This document shows positions 23,529 through 36,928 of a stretch of DNA of 48,243 bases, in pieces. Origin of the DNA: Chiloscyllium plagiosum (lineage: Eukaryota); the NCBI RefSeq assembly GCF_004010195.1, contig NC_057718.1, positions 5,173,930 to 5,222,172 of the forward strand. Reading direction: 5' to 3'. Under the pieces are notes generated by a model, which did no database searches, was not told the origin of the DNA, and saw only the letters and a list, made by a program, of their open reading frames with translations. The position numbers were made by a program, and so were the translations under genes. Positions within the stretch are counted from its first letter, which is position 1, and the number at the start of each line of letters is the position of its first letter.

Positions 23529-24429
23529 GACAGAATCCCAGTTGAATTGATGAAGGTTAATGACCACTACATGTTTCAGTTGAAACTGGTATCAACTCAG
23601 TAAAAATTGCTCTGTTTTATCCTGTCTGGACAAATCCTATGACCAATTATAGTCCTGTCAGTCTATGGTCAATCATCAGCAAAGTGTCATTGAGACTTCT
23701 ATAAAGTGACATCCGTTCTCTGTTGCTCAGTTTGGACTTTGGCAGGATTGCTCTGTTCTGGACCTCATTATGACTGTGTCCCATACATGGATAAAAGAAC
23801 TTAATTCAAGAGGTGAGAGTGCCTGCCCTTGATATCAAGGCAACATTTCACCATCAAATGTGGCATCAAGGAGCCCTTGCAAGCTAGAATCACTGCGATA
23901 AGAAAAGAAAATGCTGGAGAAGCTCAGCAGGTGTGGCAATATCTATGGAGAGAGAAACAGTGTGAACATGTCCAATATAATTTCTTCTTCAATGAGATTC
24001 GGGAAAGTACTCTTCATTGGTTCAAGTCTTATCTGACGCAAAGGTTGTGGTTGATAGATATTAGTCATCAACAGGACATCACTGCAGGAGTGTCTGAGGA
24101 TCGTGCCTTAGGCTCATCCATCTTCAGCTTCATCTTAAGGTCAGAAGTGCAGATATTAGGCAATAATGGCACAATGTTCAGCACCATTCACAATTCCTCA
24201 GATACTGAAGAAGTCCATGCTGCATTCAGGAAGACCAAGACAGAATTCAAGTTTAAGTTGAGAAGTGACAAGTAACATTAATGTTATACAAGTGCCAGGC
24301 AATTGTGTGCTTCAGCCAGAGAGAATCTAATCATCTTCCCTTGACATTCAATTCCATTAACATTAACTCCATCCGTGCAAAGGTAGCCCATTTGCAAACC
24401 CCCCAATCTGCCAATCTACCACTTTCTAT

Positions 24430-24855
24430 GGAGGAGGTTTACAGGATTGTTCCTGGGGATGATGGGCTTATCATGTGAGGAGTGGTTGAGGACTCTGGAT
24501 CTGTACTCTACAGTGTTTAAAAGGATGAGGGAGGATCTCATGGAGATGTACAGAATACTGAGAGCCCTGAGGTACAGTGGACTCAGGAGAAGTTGTTTCC
24601 ATTAGTGAGAGAGACTAAGACCAAGGGAAAAGCCTCAGAGTGAAGGAATGGCCCTTTAGAACTCAGCTGAGGAAGCATTTCTTCAGCCAGAGGGTCGTCA
24701 ATCTGTGGAACTCATTGCTGCAGAAGGCTGTGGAGGCCAAGTTACTGTGTGTAATTAAGACAGAGATAGGTTATTGATTAGTAAAGGGTTCAAAGGTTAC
24801 CGGGATCAATGGTGGAACAGACTGGATGGGCTGAATGGCCTAATGCTGCTCCTAA
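24430..24855 (+). mobile_element. CR1 LINE 3' fragment
   Basis: Typical CR1 end: AGGATGAGG.AGGATCT...TTCTTCAGCCAGAGGGT...GATGGGCTGAATGGCCT. Confidence 0.65.
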
Positions 24856-27169
24856 TCTTGCAGCATTACCATTCTGACCTGGGAATATAATATTCCATCA
24901 CTGCTGCTGGGATAAAGTCCTGGAGGACCCTCTGTAATAGTATTGTTGGTGTCCCTACACCCCATGGGCTCAAGGTGGATCATCACTCACCATCTCAAGG
25001 GCAAATATCAATGTAGCAACAAGTACTTGTCTGACCAGTAATACCTGCATCAAAGAATGAATCATGAGCAATTAAGGGAAAGTGAATTATTCTATCTGAA
25101 AACCTTTTTCCAGCCATCTGACTTCTTTATAATCATTACTCGGTATAAAGGCAGGGGAGAATACCTGTATGTGTTGTGTGGTGGGGATGAAAGAAGTGAT
25201 TCAAGGAGTATCCACACATCATTATATACCACAAACCTGTGGAGATTAACCTTTGGGATTCATGCGGGGGCCAAGGGAATTGTCTTGTGAATTAATTGCA
25301 CATCCCTGGTTTGTCATCAAACAGTTCTCTGTAGATTATGTTTTGGCTTTTTGCTTTCTCAGAACCATCAAATCAAAGTAAAGAGCTGGTGTCATCCATT
25401 GAAGAAGAGTAGGGCACCTGATATCTACACCTCCATTTGCTCATTTGACTCTAATCAGATATGGATGTTTGAAAATCTGCAATATTTCTGCAGTATTCCT
25501 CAAGCTCACCTACAAATTATTAGCTGAGATCTTTTCACACAGTCTCTGTGTGCCAATCTTGTTCACCCAACACACTATGTTTTCTGACCTACATTGGTTC
25601 CCTGTCTAGATTTTGAAATGTTCATCAAATCACACCTGCCTTCTTCCCTCACCTCCTCCACACCCTGCCTTTTATTTGGCTTCTCCAATTCCCGACTCTC
25701 ACATCTCCCCAGTTTTCATGGATTTCCAGTTGCAGAGCCCTGGAGTACCCTCTCAATTTTCTTAAAATTTGCCTCTTTTACCAAGCTTTTCATTGCTTGT
25801 GCTAATCTCCATATGTAACTTAGCAGTGGGTCAGTTACCCCAGTTGGCTGGATGGCTGGTTTGTGATGCAGTGACACCAATAGAGTGGGTTCAATTCCCA
25901 CACCAGCTAAGGTTACCATGAAGGTCTCTCCTTCTCCATCTTGGTCCTCACCTGAGGCATGGTAACCCTCAGGTTAAACCACATCAGTTGTCTTTCTCTC
26001 TCTTTGATGAGAGACCAGCCCTTTGGTTTAGGAAGACTCTGTCAAATTTACATAGTTTAGAGTCAAATCATGTCTGACAACATTCCCATAAGCACATTGG
26101 GAGGCTACCATGAATGGTGCTAAATAAATACACGTTCTTTAATCAGAAAGTGACCAATCCAGTCTGTTTCTGTGCTGAATAACTCTATGACTCTAACAAT
26201 CCAGTATATTCAATAAACGTCTCAAGGAATATGCAAACTCACATGGTAAGAGTTCTATGTTGGATTTTGCTAATTGCATGGTGTTTCTCTCTCTCTCATT
26301 AATGTTGTTTTCCACCCACTGTACAGGAAACTGGGATATTTTCTCACCGTGTGGAGATGTGCACTTGAACAGGGTGAATTGCCAAACCTTTCATTGCTTC
26401 TTGTCCCAGTGCCTCTAGATTCTCTTTGGTTCTTGTAACTTTGCTCAGTGCTTCTGAGACTTCTGTCTCCTTTTTCCTCAAAGCCCAACTACAAGGACCA
26501 TGATTGTCCTGTCTTTTCGACCTTGCCCCTTGCCTCCGACGTGGTGACCCTCAGGTTGAGCCACTACTAGTCATCTCTGCAATGAGAGAGCAGTTCTATG
26601 GTCCTCTTGGACTGTGGCGACTGCTAAACAGACGCAGTGGCCATTTGAGTTCCAGCTTGTTTTCATGTTTGGTGGAGTATGGGTGAGTTAAATTGATCTC
26701 CCACAGTGGCAACAAACCAGGGATGATGATTTCTATACAGAAAGCTCCTGCAATATAACAATATGCCATCGAAGCAGTGAGAAATATGTGAGCAGGACCC
26801 TGAGAATAACTCATAGGAAACATAGGAGCAGGAGTAGACCATTCAGCCCCTCAAGCTCATTCTGCCACCATTCAATGTGATCATGGCTGATCTGTAACCT
26901 AATTCCATATACCTGCCTTTAGACCAGATCCCTTATTATGTTTGCTTAACAAAAATGTATCTATCTCTGATTTAAAATTAATAACTATCCCCACTGCTGT
27001 TTGTGGAAGACAGTTCCAATCCTCTCTTACCCTTTGTCTGTAGAAGTGCTTTCTAACATTTCTCCCGAACGGACTCACCCTAATTCTTATACTATGCCCC
27101 TGTGCAAATAGTTTATCTATCTCGTCCTTTCCTGTTAATATCTTGATGACTTTGATCAGATCAACAAAG

Positions 27170-27870
27170 AGACCTGGGGTTGGAGGTACAAAGTTCCTTG
27201 AAATTGGGGTCAAAGATGGACAGGGTGGTGAAGGCAGTGTTTGGCACACTTGCCTTTCTTGGTCAGTACACTGAGTACAGGAGCTGGGAGGTCATGTTGA
27301 AACTGCACAGGACATTGGTAAGGTCACTTTTGGAATACCACATTCAATTCTGGTCTCCCTGCTCGCAGAAAGATGTTGTTAAACTTGCAGGAGTGCAGAA
27401 AAGATTTACAAAGGTGATGCCAGGACTGAAGGATTTGAGCTACGGGGGAGGCTGAATAGGCTGAGGCTGTTTTCCTTGGAATGTCGGAGGCTGAGGGGTG
27501 ACCTTATAGAGGTTTATAAAATCATAAGGGGCATGGAAAGGTTAAATAGCCAAGGTCTTTTCCCCAGGGTAGGGGAATCCACAACCAGAGGGCAGAAGCT
27601 TAAAGTGAGCGGGGAAAGATTTAAAAGGGATCTGAGGGGGCAACTTTTTTGTGCAGCGGGTGTTGCGTGTATGGAATAAGCTGCCAGAGGAAGTGGTGGT
27701 GGTAGGTACAACATTTAAAAGACATCTGGATGGGTATATGAAGAGGAAGGGCTTAGAGGGATATGGACCAAATGCTGGCACATGGGACTAGGTTCATTCA
27801 GGATATCAGGTCAGCATAGATGAGTCGGTCCAAAGAGTCTGTTTCTGTGCTGTATAACTCTATGACTCTA
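27170..27870 (+). mobile_element. CR1 (HER1-like) 5'-truncated copy
   Basis: ORFs YRSWEVMLKLHRTLVRSLLEY..QFWSP and RLRGDLIEVYKI. CTCTATGACTCTA tail. CAGATCA on both flanks. Confidence 0.9.
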
Positions 27871-29952
27871 ACAGATCACGCCTTAATCTTCTAATTTGTA
27901 TAATCACATACAATGTAACCCCTGATCTTTAGTTATCATTCTTGTAAACCTACCTTGTCCTCCATCAAGGCCATTATACCCTTCCTAAGGTGTGGTGCCC
28001 AGATCTGCTCACAGTACTCCAAATAGGGTCTAATCAGTGTTTTGTACAACTGTCATATAACTTCTGCAGCCTTATACTCAAGACCTCTAAATCTAAAAAC
28101 CAGCTTTCTTTTACCTTCTTTTCTGTGTCTGTTTGTGACATTTTAAATATCTATATACCTGAACTCGCAAGTTTCTTTGGACATCCATTGTATTTAAGTT
28201 CGTATCATCTATAAAGTCCCCGATCTAACCTATATCACTTCAAAATGGATAATCTCACACTTGCTTATATTGAACCCCATTTTCCCCATTCTTTAGTCTA
28301 TTAATATCCCTTACTGTCTATAATGTTGCCTAACTTTATCTCATCAGCAAATTTGGATATATGACTTTCTACGCCATTATCCAAATAAATGATGTGAGTA
28401 ATTGAGGCCCTAACACAGATCCTTGTGGGACATCCTCCTGCTGTTCGTTAAAATAATGGCAGATAGAATAGATTGCAACACTCCTGTCAATCTAGCACTC
28501 CCTCAGTACAGTCATTCTACATTAATGTGCTGCAGTCATTCAACTTCAAGTTTTATTTTTATCAATGACAGAAAATGGGCAAGTCAGCATTTGTTACCCT
28601 TTGCTAATTGTCCTTGGAATGGTTGATTGTCTAGGTCATTTCTGAGAGCAGTTAAGAATTAACAACATTGCTCTGAAATCACTTGCGGACTAGACCAGGT
28701 AAGGAATTTCTTTCCTAAAGGGCATTAGTGAACCAGATGGGCTTTTATGACAATCAACAATGGTTACATGGTCACCATTAAGCCAGATTTTTTAATCCCA
28801 GACTTTACTGAATTCATATTTCACCTTGGTGTCAGTCGAAGCCATGTTGCAAGTGCATCAGCTAGGATGCTGAATTACCAGTCCAGTGATATCATCACTA
28901 TATCACCTTATTTTTCTAAATAGATTGGAAAGATTGGGGAAGAGAAGATAAAGGGAAGATTTGATCAAGATGTTCAAAATCATGAGGGGTCTGGACAGAG
29001 TAGAGAAAGAGAGAGAGAAACTGTTCCCATTTGTGGAAAGAACAATAGGGAACAGATTTATGATTTTAACTAAATAAACAACGGCGATATGTGGAAGGTT
29101 ATGGAAACAGGGTCAACAGAGATGTTCCAGAGAGAATTGCATTGTCATCTGAAAAGGAAGAATGTTCAGGATTATGGGGATCAGGCAGGAAATGGTATGG
29201 ACCATGTGAGATGCCCTTTCAGAGAACTGTTGCAGACACGTGGGCTGAATGGCCTCCTCCTACACCATAACCTCTCTGTCATCCTGTGGTATCTCTGGTG
29301 AAGAACTTGAATGCACAATCTTCTGACATCAAGAGGCAAGAGTGTCATGCACTGAACCAGAGCTAAAGCCCACAGCTACTGATAGGAATGAGTTTAATGG
29401 GCCAAATGGCCTTTTAATATCCAGAATTTATTGCGTTCTTGTTAGCCATTATGGTGTATTCCAGCCTTTGATCACTCATTCATTCTTGGGATGTGTGCAT
29501 TCCTGACAAAGCTGGTACTTATTGTTAAATTCCTAGTTCATCATAGAAGGTAACTGAATAGCTTCTGGGTGATTTTCAAGGGCATTGCTGAGTCAGTTGC
29601 ATTGGTGTGGGTTTTGTGTCACATACAGAAAACAGCTAACTCGCACCTTCTCAAGGGACGACTAGGGACAGGCAATAAATGCAGGCCAGTCAGTGATGCA
29701 TGCATCCCACGAGTGAATAAAATGAACAGCACCAAACGGTGAGAAAAGCAGATAGCCTTCTCCATAGGGACATTGAATTTACAACAATCCTGAACCTTTC
29801 ATTGGAGACTTTCACCAATATAACAGTTTTCTCAACAAACTACTAGGATGAGATTTGAACTCAAATCGAGTCCTCTGGATTACTAGTCCATTTAACAATG
29901 AATGAAAAGCATTGAATTTTGATTTATTTAACTTTCTTTTTCTTGAAAACAG

Positions 29953-30014
29953 AGCAGAATTTGAATCTCGTACCCTGCAGAAACTGTGGAAGAAATTTTG
30001 AACAAACAAACCTG
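29953..30014 (+). CDS. ZC2HC1B: ZC2HC1B-like exon 2
   Basis: aacag|QNLNLVPCRNCGRNFEQTNL|gtaagt; first half of C2HC finger 1. Confidence 0.85.
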
Positions 30015-30368
30015 GTAAGTTTGTACAGGATTTGTGTGTGTCTACACTTGTTTCATAAATTGCGGTTAAAACATCCAAAACTCTGCTACCCTGTCTTAAC
30101 ACACACAAAGTCTCCTTGCCATATCATCCCTTGTGGTCCCTGACCTGCATTAGTTCATGGGTAAGCAACATTGAGGTTTTAAAATTCCCACCTTTGTTTT
30201 CAAATTCATCCAAAACCTCAGACTCTACCTATCTCTGCAATCCCCTCTCATCCCACAATCCTTCGAGGTATCTGCACTCCTCTAATTGTGACCTCTTATA
30301 TGCCTCTGATTTTCATTGTTCTACCATTGTTTCTTCATTCCCATTGGGGAGGCGATGGGCAAGTGGTA

Positions 30369-30587
30369 CTGGTAATTCTTCTATAATGTGAAAGTTGTGT
30401 TTTTTGTGCAATCCCGCATTATAGAAAAATCATGCTTTAGAAAAGTGCTTAAAGTGTTGGCAAAGTAATAGTGTTACAGCCAACACACGTTTTAAAAGTT
30501 CCTGCTTTAGAAACCGTGTCCCCAAGTCATCAATTATGTTACAGAGAACTTGCAATCACGAAATGCACATTATAGCAGAACAACCTG
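30369..30587. mobile_element. Tc1/mariner-Tigger-type MITE inserted in a SINE
   Basis: TA on both flanks. Imperfect TIRs CTGGTAATTCTTCTATAATGTG / CACATTATAGCAGAACAACCTG. Confidence 0.7.
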
Positions 30588-31200
30588 TATTATCGCTGAG
30601 CTGTTAATGCAGGCAATTTTCTGGGGATCTGGGTTTGAATCCTATCATAGCAGATGGTTGAATTTGAATCCAATTAAAAAAATCTGGAGTGAAGAGCCCA
30701 CTGATGGCCATGTCTCCATTGTTAATTGTCAGAAAAACCCATCTAGATCACTAATGTCCTTTAGGGAAGGAAACCACATCCTTGCTTGGTCTACTCAAAT
30801 GTGACTCCAGACCCACCGCAATGTAGTTGACTCTTAACTGCCCTCTGGATAATTAGGGATGGGCAATAAATGCTGGCCTGGCCAGAGATGCCCTCATCCC
30901 ATGATTGAATAAAGAAAAATTCACTATAGCCCTAAACTCTGAAATTTCCTCCCTTTCTCTCACCCCTCTCTCTACCTCACTAACGTCTTTCACTCCTTAA
31001 ACCCTATGTCTTTGATGTAGTATTTATGTAATTTATATTCTCCTTATGTGGCTTAGTATGAAATTTTGTTTTATAAAGGCTCTGCGAAGCATCTTGGGGA
31101 ATTTTATAAGTTAGAATTATTATAAAAATTAGAAACTATTGTTTTAGGGTCACTTGCTATGCTTAGGGCTATTTTATCTAAAATAAGATGTTCTGGTAAT

Positions 31201-31532
31201 GTTATGGTTAGGGTTAGGCTTAAGGTTAGAGGTAGGGTTAGGGCTTGGGTTAGGGTTAGGGTTTGGGTTGGCATTAAGGTGAAGTTTAGGGTTAGAGTTT
31301 GGATTAGGTTTGGGATTAAGGATTAGGTTTGGGATTAAAGTTTAGGTTAGAGTTAGGGTTTAGGTTAAGGCTAGGGTTTGGGTTAGGATTGGGGTTAGGG
31401 TTAAGGTTAAATTTAGGGTTAGGGCTAGGGTTAGCATTATGGTTCGGGTTAGGATTTTGTTTAGAATTAGGGTTTGGGTTAAGGTTAAGGTAAAGTTAAG
31501 GTTTAGGGTTATGGTTAGGGTTGGGGTTAAGG
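31201..31532 (+). repeat. Degenerate interstitial telomere-like array (TTAGGG and variants, ~55 units)
   Basis: TTAGGG mixed with TTAAGG, TTTGGG, TTAGGA and TTATGG, mostly in a 6-bp register. Confidence 0.9.
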
Positions 31533-31769
31533 TATGACCCAAATCAGCTGCTGGTTAATGTGCTGCCATCTTGGAGCCTAGTGCCCTGCTCAAATTTTGC
31601 CTACAGCGTTCTGTGGCACTATTGAACAGGGAGACAGTGATGTCATGTTTGCTATTCCCTTTTTCCATGTAGAATACTGCAGAGTGATTATCTCTGCATG
31701 CAGAAAGTCATAAAAACTCAAGCCTGCGTTTACTGGTCACTTTGAGTGCAGAATCGAGGACGAGGGGGG

Positions 31770-34700
31770 CATCAGTTTAAGGTTTGAGGGGAAAGAATAA
31801 AAGGGAACCTGAGGGGCAACATTTTTTACACAGAAGGTGGTGCGCATATGGAATGAGCTGCCGCCGGAAGTGGTTGAGGCAAGTACATGAACAACATTCA
31901 AAAGGCATTTGGACAAATATGATATAGGCCAAGTTCAGGGGGGTTAGTGTAGATGGACTTATTGGGCAGCAGGGACCAGTCTGGGCCAAAGGACTTGTCT
32001 CCGTGCTGTAGGACTCTATGATTTCACCCTTTTAAGCTCCCAAGGCCGGTTTTCTTGCTTATTCTGTGCAAGGAATTTTGTTTGCTGCTTCGGGGAGCGA
32101 CACTTCTTGTGAGAGATTTGAAAGTGGACAGATAGGATCAAGAGTTCACAGAATCATTGAGAGTCACAGTTGTTTTGCACAGCACACCAGGTCAGAATTT
32201 GCACAGTTAATGCTAGGGCCCTGGGGAACGTTGTTGAACAGATGGGGTGAGCACTACAAGTTCATAGTTTCTTGAAAATGGTGTCACAGGTAGACAAGAT
32301 GATGAAGAAGGCATTTGGCATGCTTGCCTTCACTGGTTAGAGCATTGAGTATAGGAACTGGGACGTCATGTTGCAGTTGTACAGGGTGTTGGCCACTTTT
32401 GGAATACTCCATACAATTCTGGTTGCCCTGCTATAGGAAGGATGTTATTAAAATAGAAAGGCAACAGAAAAAAATGTGCAAGGATGTTACTGGGACTGGA
32501 GGTTTTGAGTTATACGTAGAGGCTAGATAGGCCGGGACATTTTTTCTTGGAGTGTCGAAGGCTGAGTGGTGATCTCATGGAGATTTATAAGGTCAATTAT
32601 TAAAGAGGTAATAACTAAGCATTTGGAAAATGGTGACAGAATCTGACCTTGTCAGCATGGATTCACTAAAGGGAAATTATGCTTGACAAATCTTCTGGAA
32701 TTTCTTGAGACTCTGACAAGTAGAGTGGACAAGGGTGAATCAGTAGATAGAGTCATAGAGATGTACAGCACAGAAGCAGACCCTTCGGTCCAACCCATCC
32801 ATGCCGACCAGATATCCCAACCTAATCTAGTCCCATCTGCCAGCATTCGGCCCATATCCCTCCAAACTCTTCCTATTCATATACCCATCCAAATGCCTTT
32901 TAAATGTTGCAATTGTACTAGCCTCCTGCACATCCTCTGGCAGCTCATTCCATACACGTACCACCTTCTGTGTGAAAACACTGCCCCTTAGGTCTCTTTT
33001 ATATCTTTCCCCTCTCACCCTAAACCTATGCCCTCTGGTTCTGGACTCCCCCACCCCAGGGAAAAGACTTTGTCTATTTATCCTATCTATGCCCCTCATA
33101 ATTTTGTCAATCTCTATAAGGTCAACCTCTATAAACCTCAGCCTCTGACGCTCCAGAGAAAACAGCCCCAGCCTGTTCAGCCTCTCCCTATAGCTCAAAC
33201 CCTCCAAATCTGGCAACGTCCTTGTAAATCTTTTCTGATCCCTTTCAAGTTTCACAACATCTTTCCGACAGGAAGGAAATCAGAATTGCATGCAATATTC
33301 CAACAGTCGCCTAATCAACATCCTGTGCATCTGCAACATCACCTCCCAACTCCTGCACTCAATACTCTGACCAATAAAGGAAAGCATACCAAACGCCTTC
33401 TTCACTATCCGACCTACCTGCGACTCCACTTTCAAGGAGCTACGAACCTGCACTCCAAGGTCTCAGTAACACTCCCTAGGACCTTACCATTAAGTGTATA
33501 AGTCCAGCTAAGGTTTCCTTTCCCAAAATGCAGCACCTCACATTTCTCTAAATTAAACTCCATCTGCCACTTCTCAGCCCATTGACCCATCTGACCAAGA
33601 TCCTGTTGTAATCTGAGGTAACCCTCTTCGCTGTCCTCTACACTTCCAATTGTGAAATAAGGCAAGCCAGGTGACTGAGGTGTCAGTAGGGGAATACTTT
33701 GGGGCCAGCGACCATAATTCTATTAGATTTAAAATAGTGATGGAAAAGGATAGACCAGATCTAAAAGTTGAACTTCTAAATTGGGGAAAGGCTGATTTTG
33801 ACGGTATGAGGCAAGAACTTGCGGAAGCTGATTGGAGGCAGATGTTCGCAGGTAAAGGGACGGCTGGAAAATGGGAAGCCTTCAGAAATAGGATAACAAG
33901 AATCCAGAAAAGTATATTCCTGTTAGGGTGAAAGGGAAGGCTGGATGACTAAAGAAATTGAGGGTTTGGTTAAGAAAAAGAAGGAAGCCTATGTCAGGTA
34001 CAGACAGGATAGATTGAGTGAATCCTTAGAAGAGTAGAAAGGAAGTAAGAGTATACTTAAGAGGGAAATCAGGAGGGCAAAAAGGATATATGAGAAAGCT
34101 TTGGCAAATAGAGTTAAGGAGAATCCAAAGGGATTTTACAAATACATTAAAGAATAAAGGGTAACTAGGGAGAGAGTTGGGACCCTTAAAAGTCAGCAAA
34201 GGCAGCCTTTGAGTGGAGCTGCTGAAAATGGGGGAGATACTAAACAAGTGTTATGTATCATTATTTACTGTGGAAAAGGACATGAAAGGTATAGAGTGCA
34301 GATGGTGACATCTTGAAAAATGTCCATATTGCAGATGAAGCGTTGGATGTCTTGAAACGCATAAAAGTGGATAAATCCCCAGGACCTGATCATGTGTACC
34401 CGAGAACTCTGTGGGAAGCTAGGGAAGTGATTGCTAGGCCCCTTGCTGAGATATTTGTGTCATCGATAGTCACAGGTGAGGTGCTGGAAGACTGGAGGTT
34501 GGCTAATGTGGTGCCACTGTTTAAGAAAGGTGGTAAGGACAAGCCATGGAACTATAGACCGGTGAGCCTGTGTCAGTAGCGGGCAAGTTGTTGGAGGGAA
34601 TCCTGAGGGACAGGATGTACATGTATTTGGAAAGGGGAGAGATAGTTAACATGGCTTTGTGTGTGAGAAATCATGTCTTAAAAACTTGATTGAGTTTTTT

Positions 34701-36560
34701 GAAGAAGTAGCAAAAAGGATTGATGAGGGCAGAGTGGTAGATATGATCTATATGGACGTAAGTAAGGCGTTCGACAAGGTTCCCCACAGGAGACTGGTTA
34801 GCAAGGTTAGTTCTAATGGAATACAGGGAGAACTAGCCATTTGGATACAGAACTGGCTCAAAGGTAGAAGACAGAGGGTGGTGGTGGTGGAGGGTTGTTT
34901 TTTCGACTGGAGGCCTGTGACCAGTGGAGAGTCACAAGGATCGGTGCTGGGTCCACTACTTTTCGTCATTTATATAAACGATTTGGATGTGAGCATAAGC
35001 GGTATAGTTAGTAAGTTTGCAGATGACACCAATGTTGTGTATCTGGACTTTCAAAAGACTTTTGACAAGATTCTACACAAGAGATTAGTAAGGAAATTAA
35101 ACCTAATGGTATCGGAGGTAATGTATTGACATGGATAGGGAACTGCTTGGCAGACAGGAAGCAGAGAATTGGAATAAACAGGTCCTTTTCAGAATGGCAG
35201 GCTGTGAGGAGTGCAGTATTGCAGGGTTCAGTGCAGGGCCACAAGGTGTTCAAAATATACATTAATAATTTGTCGAAGGAATTGAATGCAGTATCTCCAA
35301 ATTTGCAGATGACACTAAGCTGAATTGCTGCGAGAAGGATGCTAAGAGGCCGCAGGGTAACTTGAACAGCCTGGCTGAGTGGGCAAATACCTGGCAAATG
35401 CAATATAATGTGGATAAATGTGAGGTTATCGACTTTGGTCACAAAAACAGGAAGGCAAATTATGATCTGAATGGTGGCAGTTTAGGAAGAGGTGAGGTGC
35501 AGTGAGACCAGGGTGTCATGGTGGAACAGTGGCTGAAGGTTGTTATGCAGATGCAGCAGGCAATGAGGAAAGCTAATGGCACGCTGACCTTCATAGTGAG
35601 AGGATTGGAGTATCGGAGTAAGGATGTCTTGCTGCAGTTACACAGGGCCTTGGTGAGGCCAGACCTTGAGTATTGGGAGCAGTTTTTGTCTCCTAGTCTG
35701 AGGAAGGACATTCCTGCTATTGAGGGAGTCCAGTGAAGGTTCACCAGACTGATTCCCAGGATGGCAGGACTGACCTATGAGGAAAGACTGGATCGACTGG
35801 GTTTGTACTCACTGGAATTTAGCGGAATGAGGGAGGATCTTATAGAAACATATAAAATCCTGATGGGTCTGGACAGGCTAGATGTGTGAAGAATGTTCTC
35901 AATGTTGGGGAAGTCCAGAATAAAGGGTCATGGTCTAAAAATAAGGGGTAGGTCATTCAGGATTGGGATGAGGAAGGATATTGTTCAAAGGGTTGTGAAC
36001 CTGTGGAATTCTCTCCCGCAGAAATCTGTTAGGGTCAGTTCATTAGATATATTCAAAAGGGAGCTGGACGTGACCCTTGCAGCTAAAGCGATCAAGGGGT
36101 ATGGAGAGAAAGTGGGAATGGGATACTGAGATTGCATGATCAGCCATGATCGTGTTGAATGGTGGGGCACGCTCGAAGGGCCAAATGGCTCACTCGTGCT
36201 CCTATTGTCTATTTTCTACAAAATTGTGAGAGGCATAGATAAGGTGAATAGCCAAGCTCTTTTTCCCAGGGCAATGGAGTCCAAAACCAGAGGGCATAGG
36301 TTTAAGGTGAGAGGGGAAAGATTTAAAAGGGACCTGAGGGATAATGTTTTCAAACAGAGGGTGGTGCGTGTATGGAAAGAGCTGCCAGAGGAAGTGGTAG
36401 AGGCTGACACAATTATAACATTTAAAATACATTTGGACAGATACATGGATAGGAAAGGTTTAGAGGGATATGGGCCAAATGCAGCCAAACAGGACAAGCT
36501 CAGTTTAGGAAATCTGGTTGGCATGGACGAGTTGGACCGAAGGGTCTATTTCTGTGCAAT
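31770..36560. mobile_element. Nested CR1 LINE cluster (several fragments, including a 5'-inverted copy at 32749-35032)
   Basis: APE end GASDHNSI. RT motifs KSPGPD, NYRPVSL, YMDVSKAFDKVPH, QGSVLGPLLFVIYINDL, KFADDT. Several 3' ends; frameshifts and stops throughout. Confidence 0.92.
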
Positions 36561-36808
36561 ACTCTCTATACCAATTGACTGTAGTAAAGTAGAATATTGT
36601 GGGATTGGTATGCCAGATAACCAGTGGCGAGAGGGTGAGGCTGAGAGTCCCTGTGATGAACCTTCAGTAACTGACGTTGGCCCCGAAATGGGGATTGGGT
36701 AGGAACGAGATGGGAGAGAAAATTTGAGAAGAAAGTGTTTCGTTTCAGATTTTTTTGAGGGAATAGATTGAAAGTATTCTGAAACTCAATGCTGTCTTTT
36801 GTCTCAAG

Positions 36809-36928
36809 GAAAGACATGAACCCATTTGTAGCAAAGTTTCTAACAAGAAAAAAAAAGTCTTCAGTTCGTACAAGCAGAGAGTTGCTGGGACAGACGTTTC
36901 ATCAGTGAGAGGTCCATCAGCTGCCAAG
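36809..36928 (+). CDS. ZC2HC1B: ZC2HC1B-like exon 3
   Basis: tcaag|ERHEPICSKVSNKKKKVFSSYKQRVAGTDV...AAK|gtagga; completes C-x2-C-x11-H-x3-C. Confidence 0.9.

Noticed and set aside
31360..31542. Thr-Leu repeat ORF
   Set aside because: Translation of the CCCTAA-type repeat strand.
33652..36560. Intact autonomous CR1
   Set aside because: A patchwork of separate fragments with stops and frameshifts; RT motifs repeat because of nesting.
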